Part shown: positions 20,261 through 32,980 of the stretch, piece by piece
Numbering within the stretch: the first letter of the stretch is position 1
Layout: each line of letters begins with the position of its first letter
Assembly: GCA_965209055.1 (NCBI GenBank)
Contig: OZ242374.1
Location: 32,001 to 96,000 of the forward strand
From: Acidobacteriota bacterium
Lineage (GTDB): Bacteria > Acidobacteriota > UBA6911 > RPQK01 > JAJDTT01
Reading direction: 5' to 3'
DNA: 64,000 bases
The notes under the pieces: model-generated
The model's input: the letters and a program-made list of their open reading frames with translations, nothing else
Told to the model about the DNA's origin: nothing
Database searches by the model: none
Translations under genes and position numbers: made by a program

Positions 20261-21865
20261 CCTCTTCAGAAAGAGGGTGATGGCCACGGCGCCCGCCATG
20301 ACTGCGGCGCTGACCGTAAACACGTCTCCAACCGCTGCCGCCAACGCGGAATTCAGGTCGCTGAGAAGCGCGTCCGCCATCGCCACAGTGTCGGCACCGG
20401 CGCCGGAGAATCCGGATCTCAGTTCGTCGATGGCGGACGGATCGATCAGCGCCCGCGGGTTGTCCGTTATGGCGTCAAGCCGTCCGGGAGGGAGAGCGGC
20501 TCTTGTGGTGGCCGAAACCGTCTCTTCCACCCGCAGCGAGAACCTGTGCCTCAACAAGGCGCCCAGCAGGGCGAGACCCGTCGTCCCGCCGATCAGCCTG
20601 AAGAAATGTAGCGCCGAGGTGGCGGTTCCCATGACCCGGGTCGAAACCGAATTCTGCACCGCCACCGCAAAGGTGGCCAGCGTTCCTCCCACGCCGAGCC
20701 CCATGATCACGATGTATCCCACTGCGGCGCCGAAGCTGGTGCTCCCGGTCATGGCAGAGATGAGAATCATGCCGACGGCCATGCAGCCTGTGGTGGCCAG
20801 CCCCTGCCTCCGGTATTGACCGCCGGATCGGGAAAGCCGCCTGCCCGCCAGAATGGAGCCGACGACGATTCCCAGCAACATGGGGGTCAAAAAGCCGCCG
20901 CTTCCCGTCGCGGAAGCGCCCAGGACAGCCTGGAAGAACAGCGGCAGAAAAATGATGCTCCCGTACAGCCCGAACCCGGTCACGAATGCGACGAGCGCCG
21001 AGATGGATACCATCCGGTTTCTGTAGATTTCCAGGGGCATGATGGGGGAATCGGACCTGGATTCCACGACCAGGAAAAACCCGGCCGTCGCCAACCCGAA
21101 GCCCAGGAGGCCCATGACCTGCGGTGACACCCAATCGTACTGATTTCCTGCCCACGACAACGCCAGCATCACGGGCACTACGGAAAGCACCAGAGCCATC
21201 ATCCCCGCGTAGTCCAGCTTACGTTCTCCGGCCTCGGGACTGATGTTGGGGAAGGTGCGCATGACCAGCAGGAGCACTGGAATCCCGGCAGGAAGATTGA
21301 TCAGGAAGACCCAGTTCCAGGAGAGTTGATCCGTGATGAAGCCCCCCAGCCCCGGCCCGATGACCGAGGCCATGCCGAACACCAGGGCGATCAGTCCCTG
21401 AAACCTGCCCCGTTTCCGGGGCGGAAAAAGATCCGGGATGGAACGGAGGCTCATGGTCATGAGGATTCCGCCGCCGATACCCTGAAAGGCCCGGGCAGCG
21501 ATGAGCTGATTCATCGACTGGCTGAATCCGGCCGCTACGGAGCCGACGATGAATACGACGAGTCCCAGGACGAGGAATCCCTTGCGCGCGTAAATGTCGG
21601 TGAGTCTCCCGGCGATGGGGATGGCCACCGTGGACGCGATGAGATAGGCGGCCGCCACCCACGTGTAGCGGTCGAATCCACCCAGATCGGCGACGATGCG
21701 CGGCATGGCCGTGGCCACGACGGTCTGGCTCACCATGGCCAGAAATACCGCGGACATCACCCCCAGCATCGTCAGCACGATCTGTCTTCTGGGAAGCTGT
21801 ACGAAATCCCGCTCCGCCGACTGATCGGTGCTGTTCCGCTTTTCCGTACCGGACACGTGGTTCAT
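20249..21865 (-). CDS. MDR/DHA2 family MFS efflux transporter (start uncertain)
   Basis: TVVATAMP, GRLTDIYARK, RAFQGIGGG, GPGLGG, WVFLINLP; 14-TM pattern. Confidence 0.88.
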   Translation of the reverse strand: MNHVSGTEKRNSTDQSAERDFVQLPRRQIVLTMLGVMSAVFLAMVSQTVVATAMPRIVADLGGFDRYTWVAAAYLIASTVAIPIAGRLTDIYARKGFLVLGLVVFIVGSVAAGFSQSMNQLIAARAFQGIGGGILMTMSLRSIPDLFPPRKRGRFQGLIALVFGMASVIGPGLGGFITDQLSWNWVFLINLPAGIPVLLLVMRTFPNISPEAGERKLDYAGMMALVLSVVPVMLALSWAGNQYDWVSPQVMGLLGFGLATAGFFLVVESRSDSPIMPLEIYRNRMVSISALVAFVTGFGLYGSIIFLPLFFQAVLGASATGSGGFLTPMLLGIVVGSILAGRRLSRSGGQYRRQGLATTGCMAVGMILISAMTGSTSFGAAVGYIVIMGLGVGGTLATFAVAVQNSVSTRVMGTATSALHFFRLIGGTTGLALLGALLRHRFSLRVEETVSATTRAALPPGRLDAITDNPRALIDPSAIDELRSGFSGAGADTVAMADALLSDLNSALAAAVGDVFTVSAAVMAGAVAITLFLKRSPV

Positions 21866-21915
21866 TGATTGGTCACTGGCTTTTCGTCCCATGCCGTTAT
21901 GTGCTGATCCCGGCG

Positions 21916-22743
21916 CTACATCTTCTCGGCGACGATGCCGATCATGGGCGCGGCAAACAGGAACGTGCCCGGATCCCGCTCCCGATCCCTCCACTCGGCT
22001 TCAAACGCAAGACGTTCCGATTCCGTCAATAGGCCGTTTTCAACCAACTGTGGAACGAAGTTGGAGAAGAACTGAGTCGGCCACTTCCAGAAACTTGTGC
22101 CGGGCCGGATGAACCGCACGAGCGGGACCAGGTCGACCAGACGGCAGCCCGAAGCCGCGATCAGTCCCGGCAGCCGGTCGCCGATGTTGAGATCACCGCC
22201 GTTGCTCGCAAAGCTCTCGTAGACCGCCGCGTGGACGCGTTGGAATGCCGGGCTCCGTGGCAGGAGCGCCATCCCGTCGAAGTTCAGGAAGTCCCAGGCC
22301 ACGAAGCGGCCACCGGGCCGCAGACCGTTGACGACCCGGTCGATGACCGCAGCCGGATCGGTCAGAAAGCAGAAAAGCCAGCGCACGAAGGCGCCGTCCA
22401 GCGAGGCCGGTTCCAGCCGCACCATCTCGGCCCGCTCCACCCGCGCGGTGATTTGCTTGAACCCGAGCCGTTTCGCTTCGCGGGTCAGCCTGCCGATGAA
22501 ACGCCCCGACTCGTCGACGGCGAGCACCCGGCCTCCTGCGCCGACCCGTTCTGCCAGCTCAAAGGTGGCGAATCCCGGACCGCAGCCGAGATCGAGCAGC
22601 TGTGCACCCGGCCCGAATCCCGCGCGGTCCCAGAGGTCGCGCGCTTCCCCCGCCCACAATCGGTGTTGAGTTTCCAGGCGGCTTTCCTCCGCCGCATGGG
22701 TGCCGAGCAGATACGGTTCGTTCGACTCGAGGTGCTTTCCCAT
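21916..22743 (-). CDS. Class I SAM-dependent methyltransferase
   Basis: LDLGCGPG and LRPGG motifs; RBS GAAGGAG upstream of ATG 22743. Confidence 0.88.
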   Translation of the reverse strand: MGKHLESNEPYLLGTHAAEESRLETQHRLWAGEARDLWDRAGFGPGAQLLDLGCGPGFATFELAERVGAGGRVLAVDESGRFIGRLTREAKRLGFKQITARVERAEMVRLEPASLDGAFVRWLFCFLTDPAAVIDRVVNGLRPGGRFVAWDFLNFDGMALLPRSPAFQRVHAAVYESFASNGGDLNIGDRLPGLIAASGCRLVDLVPLVRFIRPGTSFWKWPTQFFSNFVPQLVENGLLTESERLAFEAEWRDRERDPGTFLFAAPMIGIVAEKM

Positions 22744-23046
22744 TTTCTCCTTCACTCCGCTTTCACTGAATATTCGGCGGCTACCCCACCAATTTCAATA
22801 CCACGTTCCCGGGAACTTAAGCGTTCGGATCCAAGTTTTTCATTGCGACGTGATCCAGGTTTGCACTCGATGTTCCCGCGTCATCGGCCGCATTTCACGA
22901 GAGAACCAGACGGCCGAAGCGCAGAACATGCAGTTCGGATACAACTGCGATTTCATCGGTTTCTACTAAGACCGAGTAGCTCAGAGGATCTCGAAATGAC
23001 TTGGGATTTGGCAGGGTGAGGGCGTTGTGCTCTGGTTCGTGACCCG

Positions 23047-23280
23047 TTAGCGGCGCCTTGGAACAGGCAGCCCCGCGGATCGTCCTGCGGCGCCGAGTGC
23101 AATGTCCAGAGTCGCCAGCGGAATCAGTACTTCCATCACTCTTCGATCATCTGGACGTACCGAGAGGCCAGCGAGAGTGTGGGTCTCCTGAAACGCCTTC
23201 AGAGTCTCGATGGCAGCCCGGATTTTTCCGGCATCCCGCGGGATGTACGGAATCAACTCGGCGACCGGCCGATACCGCCG
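23047..23280 (-). pseudogene. Decayed type II TA locus: Phd/YefM-type antitoxin C-terminus fused to the tail of a PIN/VapC toxin
   Basis: RPVAELIPY...IRAAIETLKAFQETHTLAGLSVR, then after a 1-nt shift QMIEE*WKY*, immediately followed by IPLATLD..L..A...AGL; family calls are from motif recognition. Confidence 0.6.
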
Positions 23281-23427
23281 CCTGGGGAGACACGTCCCTG
23301 ATTTGATCCTCGCCTGCCGCATTGCGAGCGGCACTGTCCGTTTCTCCTGCGATGATGCAGAGTGTTTTTCTTGTGGGTAAAACTATCTGTAAAAATATTT
23401 ATCAATAGGGAAATGTTTCTGTAATAT

Positions 23428-24549
23428 ATGCAAATCGTGGAGCATCGATACCTGCGCGACCAAATCCAGGCGGATCTCCCCCGGAAGATGGTATTCGTCG
23501 CCGGCCCAAGGCAGGTGGGGAAGACGACATTGGGCCTTTCCCTGCCGGGCGCCCGGCAAGGCTACATGAATTGGGATGTCCCCAGGCACCGGGAATGGAT
23601 CCTTCGTCGGGAGTTACCATTCGGATCGCTCTGGTTCTTCGACGAGATCCACAAGTACCGGAGCTGGCGGAACTACCTCAAGGGGCTGTATGACGACCGG
23701 CCGGACAATCAAAGAATTCTGGTCACGGGCAGCGCTCGATTGGAGCTGTATCGCTATTCCGGAGACTCGCTGCAGGGTCGATACCACCTGCTTCGTCTGC
23801 ACCCCTTGTCAGTAGCCGAACTGGGGATCGAGTCCGCGGATGACTTCGAACAGTTGCTCATGCTGGGCGGATTTCCAGAACCGTTCTTTTCGGGTTCGGA
23901 AGTGCAGGCGCGGCGCTGGTCGCGCGAATATCGGAATCTGCTGGTTCGCGAAGAGATCAGGGAACTGGAACGGATCCAGGATCTGGGAAACCTTGAGCTG
24001 CTTGTCATGAGCCTGCCGGAACGGGTCGGTTCACTGCTGTCACTCAACGCGCTTCGCGAAGATCTGCAGGTGAGCCACAAGGCGGTCCGCAATTGGGTGG
24101 CCGCGCTGGAACGGCTCTACGCCCTGTTTCGGATCTCACCGTTCGGCAGCCCCAAGATCAGGGCGATCAAGAAGGCGCAGAAGCACTACCATTTCGATTG
24201 GTCACTGGTTCCCCAACCCGGTCCGCGGCTCGAGAACCTGGTCGCCGGGCATCTGTTGAAGTGGGTCCACTATCGCCAGGACGCCGAGGGGCTCGACATC
24301 GACCTCCAGTTTTTCCGCGATACCGATGGGCGCGAGGTGGACTTCATTGTCACCGACCGCAGGCGGCCTGTACTGGCGGTCGAATGCAAGATTTCCCAGT
24401 CGAGGCCGGACCGAAATCTTCGTTACTGGAAAAAACGGTTTCCGGAATGCGAGACGTGGTTGGTGACGGCCCAAGAGGGACGGGAATTCGTAACGGCGGA
24501 CGGAATTCGCGTTTGCCACGCACTCCGGTTTCTCAGTCGACTCATCTGA
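23428..24549 (+). CDS. AAA_14 ATPase with DUF4143 domain
   Basis: GPRQVGKTT Walker A, FDEIH Walker B, TGS, GGFPE, REVDF...ECK nuclease-like tail. Confidence 0.9.
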   Translation: MQIVEHRYLRDQIQADLPRKMVFVAGPRQVGKTTLGLSLPGARQGYMNWDVPRHREWILRRELPFGSLWFFDEIHKYRSWRNYLKGLYDDRPDNQRILVTGSARLELYRYSGDSLQGRYHLLRLHPLSVAELGIESADDFEQLLMLGGFPEPFFSGSEVQARRWSREYRNLLVREEIRELERIQDLGNLELLVMSLPERVGSLLSLNALREDLQVSHKAVRNWVAALERLYALFRISPFGSPKIRAIKKAQKHYHFDWSLVPQPGPRLENLVAGHLLKWVHYRQDAEGLDIDLQFFRDTDGREVDFIVTDRRRPVLAVECKISQSRPDRNLRYWKKRFPECETWLVTAQEGREFVTADGIRVCHALRFLSRLI

Positions 24550-24633
24550 TGGGGTCGATGGGTGAAGAACCTTGCACCGTGAAGAACAAAGGCGCAATCC
24601 GCGGGGCCGCCGGGTCTTTTCGACCGTCTCCGC

Positions 24634-25896
24634 TCAACTCCGCACGAATTGGGACTGTCTCGGCGCCTGGTAACGGATCGACAGGTGGGGTGTCTCAAGG
24701 GTCTTACCGCCTTGGGCGAGTGACCGTACCCCAGCCTCGACCAACCCGGTGGTCAGCAGCGTCCGTTCCGGCGGATAGGGGGCTTCGCCGGTCAGGACCA
24801 TCTCCTCCACCTTGGACATCTGGGCCGCGAAATGAACCACGTTGGGCACCGGCGACAGGTAGAACAGCGTGGAGAGAGGCTCGGAGCGGTCCTTCAGGCG
24901 CGCGGCGAAGGTGAAGTCTTCCACCAGGCCGTTCAGCAGCAGCATCGTCCCTTTCAATCCATCGTTGTGTTGGTACCGGTACACGACCGGTTCTTTCACC
25001 CATTGCCGGATCTGCTCCGGGGTGGGGTACCGGTGGTTCATGTTTTCCGGCTGAGTCAGCTTGTGGCTGCGGCAGAGGCACGCCCGGAACAGTTCCGGGT
25101 CCCAGCCGCCGCGGCCGAAGGAACCTTTATCCATGGCATCCCAGGCGGGATCGCCCCGTAGCGCCTGGAGCCACGCGACTCCGGTCTCCCCTCCCCGGCG
25201 GCGCTCCGCCATGCACTGAATCGTCTCCAGGGCGTGGATGTCGTAGCTGTCCACCCCGCCCGAGGACACGCACATCACTTCGTCGACCTCGGCGCCATAG
25301 GGCATGTCGATGTCCGGCATTCTCCAGGTGACGGGCAAAGATGAGCCGGCCAGAAACGGAAATCCCATGGTTCGGGCCGTGTCGACCATCTCCTTGGCCC
25401 AATCCCATCTCCAGGAAAGATGTTTGTCATTGAAGACGGGCACCGTGCGCCCATCCTGCTTGAAGACCTCGACCACCTCCTTGAAGAACTCGTAGCGGGG
25501 GTAGAGCTTCTGGCCCAGTTCGTTGACCGGGTATCGACCGTGTTCGCCGATGATAAGGACCACGTCGACGGCCAATTTGTCCCCGCCGCAGCGAAGCGTC
25601 TCGGCGATTGTGGGATAAATTGGAAAACCGAACTCCCGTGCGCGGTCGCGGCTCAGGTCGTTCTCGGGCGTCTGGTCCACGTAGGCCGATACGAGCCTGA
25701 TGGGGGACTGGTGCCAACGCCCCTCCACGGGATAACCCGCAAGAAACCGTTGACCCGTGTGCCAGGCGTGAGAATAGCGCCGCCACTCGGTGGCTACCAC
25801 TGCCAGGCGCTTCGGTTTTGCATGGCCTTGTCCAAGGAGAGGAACGGCCGCCAAGCTGCCCCCGAGGGCGCCGATAAACGTGCGTCGGTGGATCAT
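24634..25896 (-). CDS. Tat-exported conserved hypothetical protein (distantly oxidoreductase-like)
   Basis: HRRTFIG Tat motif; IIGEHGRYP, FNDKHLS, AGSSLP, YDIHALE motifs. Confidence 0.7.
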   Translation of the reverse strand: MIHRRTFIGALGGSLAAVPLLGQGHAKPKRLAVVATEWRRYSHAWHTGQRFLAGYPVEGRWHQSPIRLVSAYVDQTPENDLSRDRAREFGFPIYPTIAETLRCGGDKLAVDVVLIIGEHGRYPVNELGQKLYPRYEFFKEVVEVFKQDGRTVPVFNDKHLSWRWDWAKEMVDTARTMGFPFLAGSSLPVTWRMPDIDMPYGAEVDEVMCVSSGGVDSYDIHALETIQCMAERRRGGETGVAWLQALRGDPAWDAMDKGSFGRGGWDPELFRACLCRSHKLTQPENMNHRYPTPEQIRQWVKEPVVYRYQHNDGLKGTMLLLNGLVEDFTFAARLKDRSEPLSTLFYLSPVPNVVHFAAQMSKVEEMVLTGEAPYPPERTLLTTGLVEAGVRSLAQGGKTLETPHLSIRYQAPRQSQFVRS

Positions 25897-25971
25897 AACG
25901 AATCTCCCTCAGTTCAATCCTGATTCGTTCCTCGAGCGGCACAACTCAAGGGCCGACCGAACGCCGGTCTG

Positions 25972-26454
25972 TCAGAAGATTCTGGAGGCGAGGAGGATGC
26001 CGACCACTCCGGCGCCTTGTACCCACAGGGCCCGGAACAGTTCGCCCCTGAGTTTGCCCATTTCGCCGCGCAATTCCGCTGCCGTCGCCGCGATTTCGGA
26101 ACGCAATGCGGCTGAATTGGCCTCCATTTCGGAGCGCAACGCTGCCGTATTGGCCTCCATTTCGGAACGCAACAACACCGAACTGGCCTTCAAGTCGGAA
26201 CGCAACGCCGCCGAACTGGCCTCCAGGTCGGAACGCAACGCCGCCGAACTGGCCTCCAGGTCGGAGCGCAACGCTGCCGTACTGGTTTCCAGGTCGGAGC
26301 GCAACGCTGCCACATTCGAGTCCAGGTCCCGTTTCGTGGCGGCGGTGTCTCGACTCTCCTGAATAGCGAAAACGATCGCCTCGGCCTGTTTGGTTGCAAT
26401 TCCGGTGGCTTCAAGTCTGCGGGCGGTGGCCAAGGAATCGAATGGAGTGCTCAT
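25972..26454 (-). CDS. DUF1640/CCDC90-like coiled-coil protein with 11-aa repeats and C-terminal membrane anchor
   Basis: FDSL..ARRLE..G....QAEAI and ATKRDL head; hendecad repeats; RBS GGAGA before ATG 26454. Confidence 0.8.
   Translation of the reverse strand: MSTPFDSLATARRLEATGIATKQAEAIVFAIQESRDTAATKRDLDSNVAALRSDLETSTAALRSDLEASSAALRSDLEASSAALRSDLKASSVLLRSEMEANTAALRSEMEANSAALRSEIAATAAELRGEMGKLRGELFRALWVQGAGVVGILLASRIF
26060..26310 (-). repeat. 33-bp tandem repeat, about 7 copies, coding ALRS(D/E)xxxxxA
   Basis: Recurring TCGGA(A/G)CGCAAC units at 33-bp spacing; boundaries approximate. Confidence 0.85.
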
Positions 26455-26485
26455 CTGTGTATCTCCCAAATCATGGCGGAACGGA

Positions 26486-26501
26486 GTATTGACTTCAATA
26501 C
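26486..26501. promoter_or_regulatory. Perfect 7-2-7 palindrome, candidate operator
   Basis: GTATTGA-CT-TCAATAC about 30 bp upstream of the DUF1640 start. Confidence 0.4.
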
Positions 26502-26839
26502 ACACAACGAGTCCGGGGGTGTTTCCATGAATGGCAAGCATTGACCTCGTGCAGGAAAGCAGGACTGCGCATCGCCCGGGAGGAATCCCCACGCCTGCAA
26601 TCGCGGCGCCGAGTGGGTGTGATTCCGGCGTCCTTCCCCGCGGAACCAGACGATTCCCGGGTTGTGGACTCGATACCTTCGACCCTCTACCATTACTGCC
26701 CGTACCAAGAGCCTCCGTGGCATCCGGATGGCGCACGAATGCGTTGGCAATCGGAAAGGGCGGCCGCGGGATTCGCTGCCGTTTCCGCTTGGTCGCGGGA
26801 CTCTGACCACGGATTGTTATCGCCGACAAGGAGAACTTC

Positions 26840-30034
<3,195 letters not shown>

Positions 30035-30070
30035 CGCCCGGCGCGCCGGGCCGGCCGCCCGGACCCGCCG

Positions 30071-32383
30071 TCACTCTCTCTTTTCCGGCCAGTTCAAGTG
30101 CTTGTGCAGGAACGAGAAGGTGCCTTGTGCGTTGATGGTGTGCGGTCCCACGAACCACTCGATCTCGACCCGGTCGGCCAAGCCCAGGCGCGCGGCGTAC
30201 AGGTGGCGCACCTTGGCGAATTCATAGCCCACCATCTCGTCGGGCGCCACGCCGTCGAAGTGTCCCCGCTCCACCATGAAGGGCCGGGGGGCGATCAGGG
30301 CCGCCATCTCCGCGTAGTTGAACGTGCTGCCCAGGTCGAACTCGAAGATTTCATACTCGCCGTGGAAGACATAGCTGTATTTGGCGCGAGACGAGGCGTT
30401 CTTCCAGACCCACTCGTTGAAGTCGGCCGAGCAGATGGAGAGGGCGTAATCGGTCAACAGGGCAGGGACCCGCATGGCCGTCTTCCCTCCATAGCTCAGG
30501 CCGTAGAAGCCGATCCGGCCGGGGTCCACCCAGGGGAGGGTCTTGAGCCAGTCCAGGATCTGCTGGTGTTGGACGGCGATGATGGAGAAGAGGGACTTCT
30601 TGAGCGGATTCGCTTTCCGTTGCAGGGTGCGGAAGCGGTCGCGGAAGATGTAGAGATTCTGAGGCGCGAAGGTGATGAAGCCCCGTTCGGCCAGCTTGGC
30701 CGTAAAGTCGTGATAGGCCCTGTGATCGCCGCGGATGGTTTCCTGGGGCCGGCCTTCGAGGCCGTGCTGGCAGACCACCACCGGCCGCCGCTCGCCGGGG
30801 ACCAGATCCTTGGGAAGAAGCAGAATCCCGTAGGCGATGACGTCGGGGTAGACGTCGAGGACCACCTCGTGCCCGGTCCAGCCGGGGGCGTCGTAGATCG
30901 GGCGGGTGCGGGGATTGAACGGCAGTCGATCGTCGTGGAACCAGCCGATGACCTCCTCCCGGAAGATCTCGCGGTAGTCCCGCGTGCTCTTCCGATAGGC
31001 TTCCAGGGAGGTGGTGTCCAGATTCTCCATGAAGGTTTGACGGACGTAGGGGCTCTCGGAGAGCAGCCACTGGTTGTGGCGGTCCATTTCGCCGACCTGG
31101 CGCTCCATGCGGACCCCGGGATCGAAAGAGTCCGGCAGGAAAGAGGGGGCAGGACCGGAGGGAGCCGGTTCGAGTCCGCTTGAGAGCGATCCAAGCAAAG
31201 AGGTCAGGGCGGGGTCGCCGCCTGCGGGACCGGCGCCCCGGGGACCACGGGTCACGAGTTGGATCCGGCCTGCGGGATTCAGTCCGGCCACGAATTCCTG
31301 GGCCCGTCGAACCTCCCGGCGAACGGTTTCGAGTGGCGGCGTGTCCAGAATCGCCGGAGCCCCACCTTCTCCGGGCAGCGTCAACTCGGGACCCCTTGCC
31401 GCTTCGACGATCAAGGAACGAGGTGCGATCATCGAGGCCAGTTCCGCGTCCCCGAACTGCTCCAGCAGCCCGAAGACGTTGCGGTCGATGGGTTGTTTCC
31501 AAATGTTGCGCCGGTCGCTGAAATACCCGCTCACCAGGGCGGCGTCGATTCGGGTGTCCAGGGCGGCCGCATAGAGCGCGAGGCCACCTCCCTCGCCATA
31601 ACCGGCAATACCGATACGGGGGTCGCCGCCTTCGGCGTCCTGTGTGAACCAGTCCACCAGGGCCAGGAGCTTCTGGATCTCGTAACCCAGCAGGTGCCGG
31701 CCCAGTTCGAAGGCGGACCGGTAGATGAACTCCCGATGCGTCAGGAGGGGACGCCCGATCCGCCTTTTCCTATCCCGGTTGATGAGGGCCGGAACCACGA
31801 CCCGGCAGCCGCTCTCGGCCAAGCGGCGCGCGAACTGGGATGCGGCAGGGACCCCGGGAATCAGGCCGGCGATCTGTTCCGGGCTCTGGTCCGCGTCCGG
31901 GACGGCGATGACGTCGGCGGCAGGCCGGCCCTGCCGGGGAACCAGGAGCAGCCCTTCTCCATGCATCTGGCCGACGGAGGGCCAGCGGATGGAGAACACA
32001 TCGTAGGATTCGGTCCCCCCGATGCGGGCGCTTTGCCGGACCGTGGCCATCAGTTCCGGACTCGAAAAGGGCACCCGGGGATCCCGGACTCCCAGGATGT
32101 GAGCCAACCTTTTCCGGTTCGGCTCCAGGGATCGGGCGTAGTTCCCGGGAGATGAGAAGTTGCGGTTCCAGTGTCGCGCCCGGTTCCGGCGGGAGTTCTC
32201 CAATTTGCGCAGGAGGAAGCGGTCGGCGCCGGCCACCAGGCGGGAAGCGATGTCTCCCGTCATCTCCAATGGCTGCGTCCGGCGCGAGAGCTCTGAAGCG
32301 GGCTGCCCGAAGGCTATCCGGCCATCCGCCCAAGACGCCAACAGGACACCCGCCAGAACCAAGAGGGGAGAAATCTTCACCAT
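30071..32383 (-). CDS. Secreted double alpha/beta-hydrolase (dienelactone hydrolase-like)
   Basis: Signal peptide from ATG 32383; GYGEGG and GLSYGG nucleophile elbows; CQHGLEG. Confidence 0.78.
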   Translation of the reverse strand: MVKISPLLVLAGVLLASWADGRIAFGQPASELSRRTQPLEMTGDIASRLVAGADRFLLRKLENSRRNRARHWNRNFSSPGNYARSLEPNRKRLAHILGVRDPRVPFSSPELMATVRQSARIGGTESYDVFSIRWPSVGQMHGEGLLLVPRQGRPAADVIAVPDADQSPEQIAGLIPGVPAASQFARRLAESGCRVVVPALINRDRKRRIGRPLLTHREFIYRSAFELGRHLLGYEIQKLLALVDWFTQDAEGGDPRIGIAGYGEGGGLALYAAALDTRIDAALVSGYFSDRRNIWKQPIDRNVFGLLEQFGDAELASMIAPRSLIVEAARGPELTLPGEGGAPAILDTPPLETVRREVRRAQEFVAGLNPAGRIQLVTRGPRGAGPAGGDPALTSLLGSLSSGLEPAPSGPAPSFLPDSFDPGVRMERQVGEMDRHNQWLLSESPYVRQTFMENLDTTSLEAYRKSTRDYREIFREEVIGWFHDDRLPFNPRTRPIYDAPGWTGHEVVLDVYPDVIAYGILLLPKDLVPGERRPVVVCQHGLEGRPQETIRGDHRAYHDFTAKLAERGFITFAPQNLYIFRDRFRTLQRKANPLKKSLFSIIAVQHQQILDWLKTLPWVDPGRIGFYGLSYGGKTAMRVPALLTDYALSICSADFNEWVWKNASSRAKYSYVFHGEYEIFEFDLGSTFNYAEMAALIAPRPFMVERGHFDGVAPDEMVGYEFAKVRHLYAARLGLADRVEIEWFVGPHTINAQGTFSFLHKHLNWPEKRE

Positions 32384-32439
32384 TGGGACCCTACGGATGC
32401 GGCGGCCGGTTTGCAATTCCAGTCGGCGGACCGTCCCGC

Positions 32440-32790
32440 TCACAGCGGATAGCCTTGGATACGGGCCGAGATCCATGCCGCGACGGCGCCCGCCGCCAGG
32501 TAACCGGCCAATCCGGCCAGGAGTCCGGCCCAGAGGCGGGACCGAAGCCTGAGACCCCACCAGGCGCCGGCGATCGCTCCGGCGGTCATCCCTGCAAAGG
32601 GAGCATAGAATCCGAGCTTCCCCTGGCTGCACCAGGGGCACCAGGGTCCCTGGAGGTTATGCACGTTGCAGGAGGCCATCCCCTCCATGAGCGTGCACCC
32701 GCATCCGAAAAGAAGACCGCAGTAGGCGGTGACGGTGGCCGCCTCCACGACGAGCAGGAGCGCAACGCAGATCAACAGCCGTGCCAGCAT
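32440..32790 (-). CDS. Small Cys-rich membrane protein of unknown function
   Basis: CGLLFGCGC...CNVH....WCPWC between hydrophobic segments; co-oriented with the downstream hydrolase. Confidence 0.55.
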   Translation of the reverse strand: MLARLLICVALLLVVEAATVTAYCGLLFGCGCTLMEGMASCNVHNLQGPWCPWCSQGKLGFYAPFAGMTAGAIAGAWWGLRLRSRLWAGLLAGLAGYLAAGAVAAWISARIQGYPL

Positions 32791-32980
32791 ATTCCAAACC
32801 CAGTCTACACTGCCGCCCTTGTCCCGGCTGGGGAGCGACTGCTCGCCAGGGTGATGGGCGATAATAATCCTGCTGGCCCGGTTTGCCGTCGCCGGCGGGG
32901 ATTTCGGTCATTTGAACTGCCTTCGGCCCAGCGCATAGTATGAAGGCGTTTTTTACTTGTGGAATGAGAGGAAGGAGGCC

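Noticed and set aside
22760-23040. Possible small gene or RNA in the intergenic gap
   Set aside because: No convincing ORF, motif or stable structure recognised.
26060-26310. 33-bp repeats as CRISPR
   Set aside because: Contiguous coding repeats without unique spacers.
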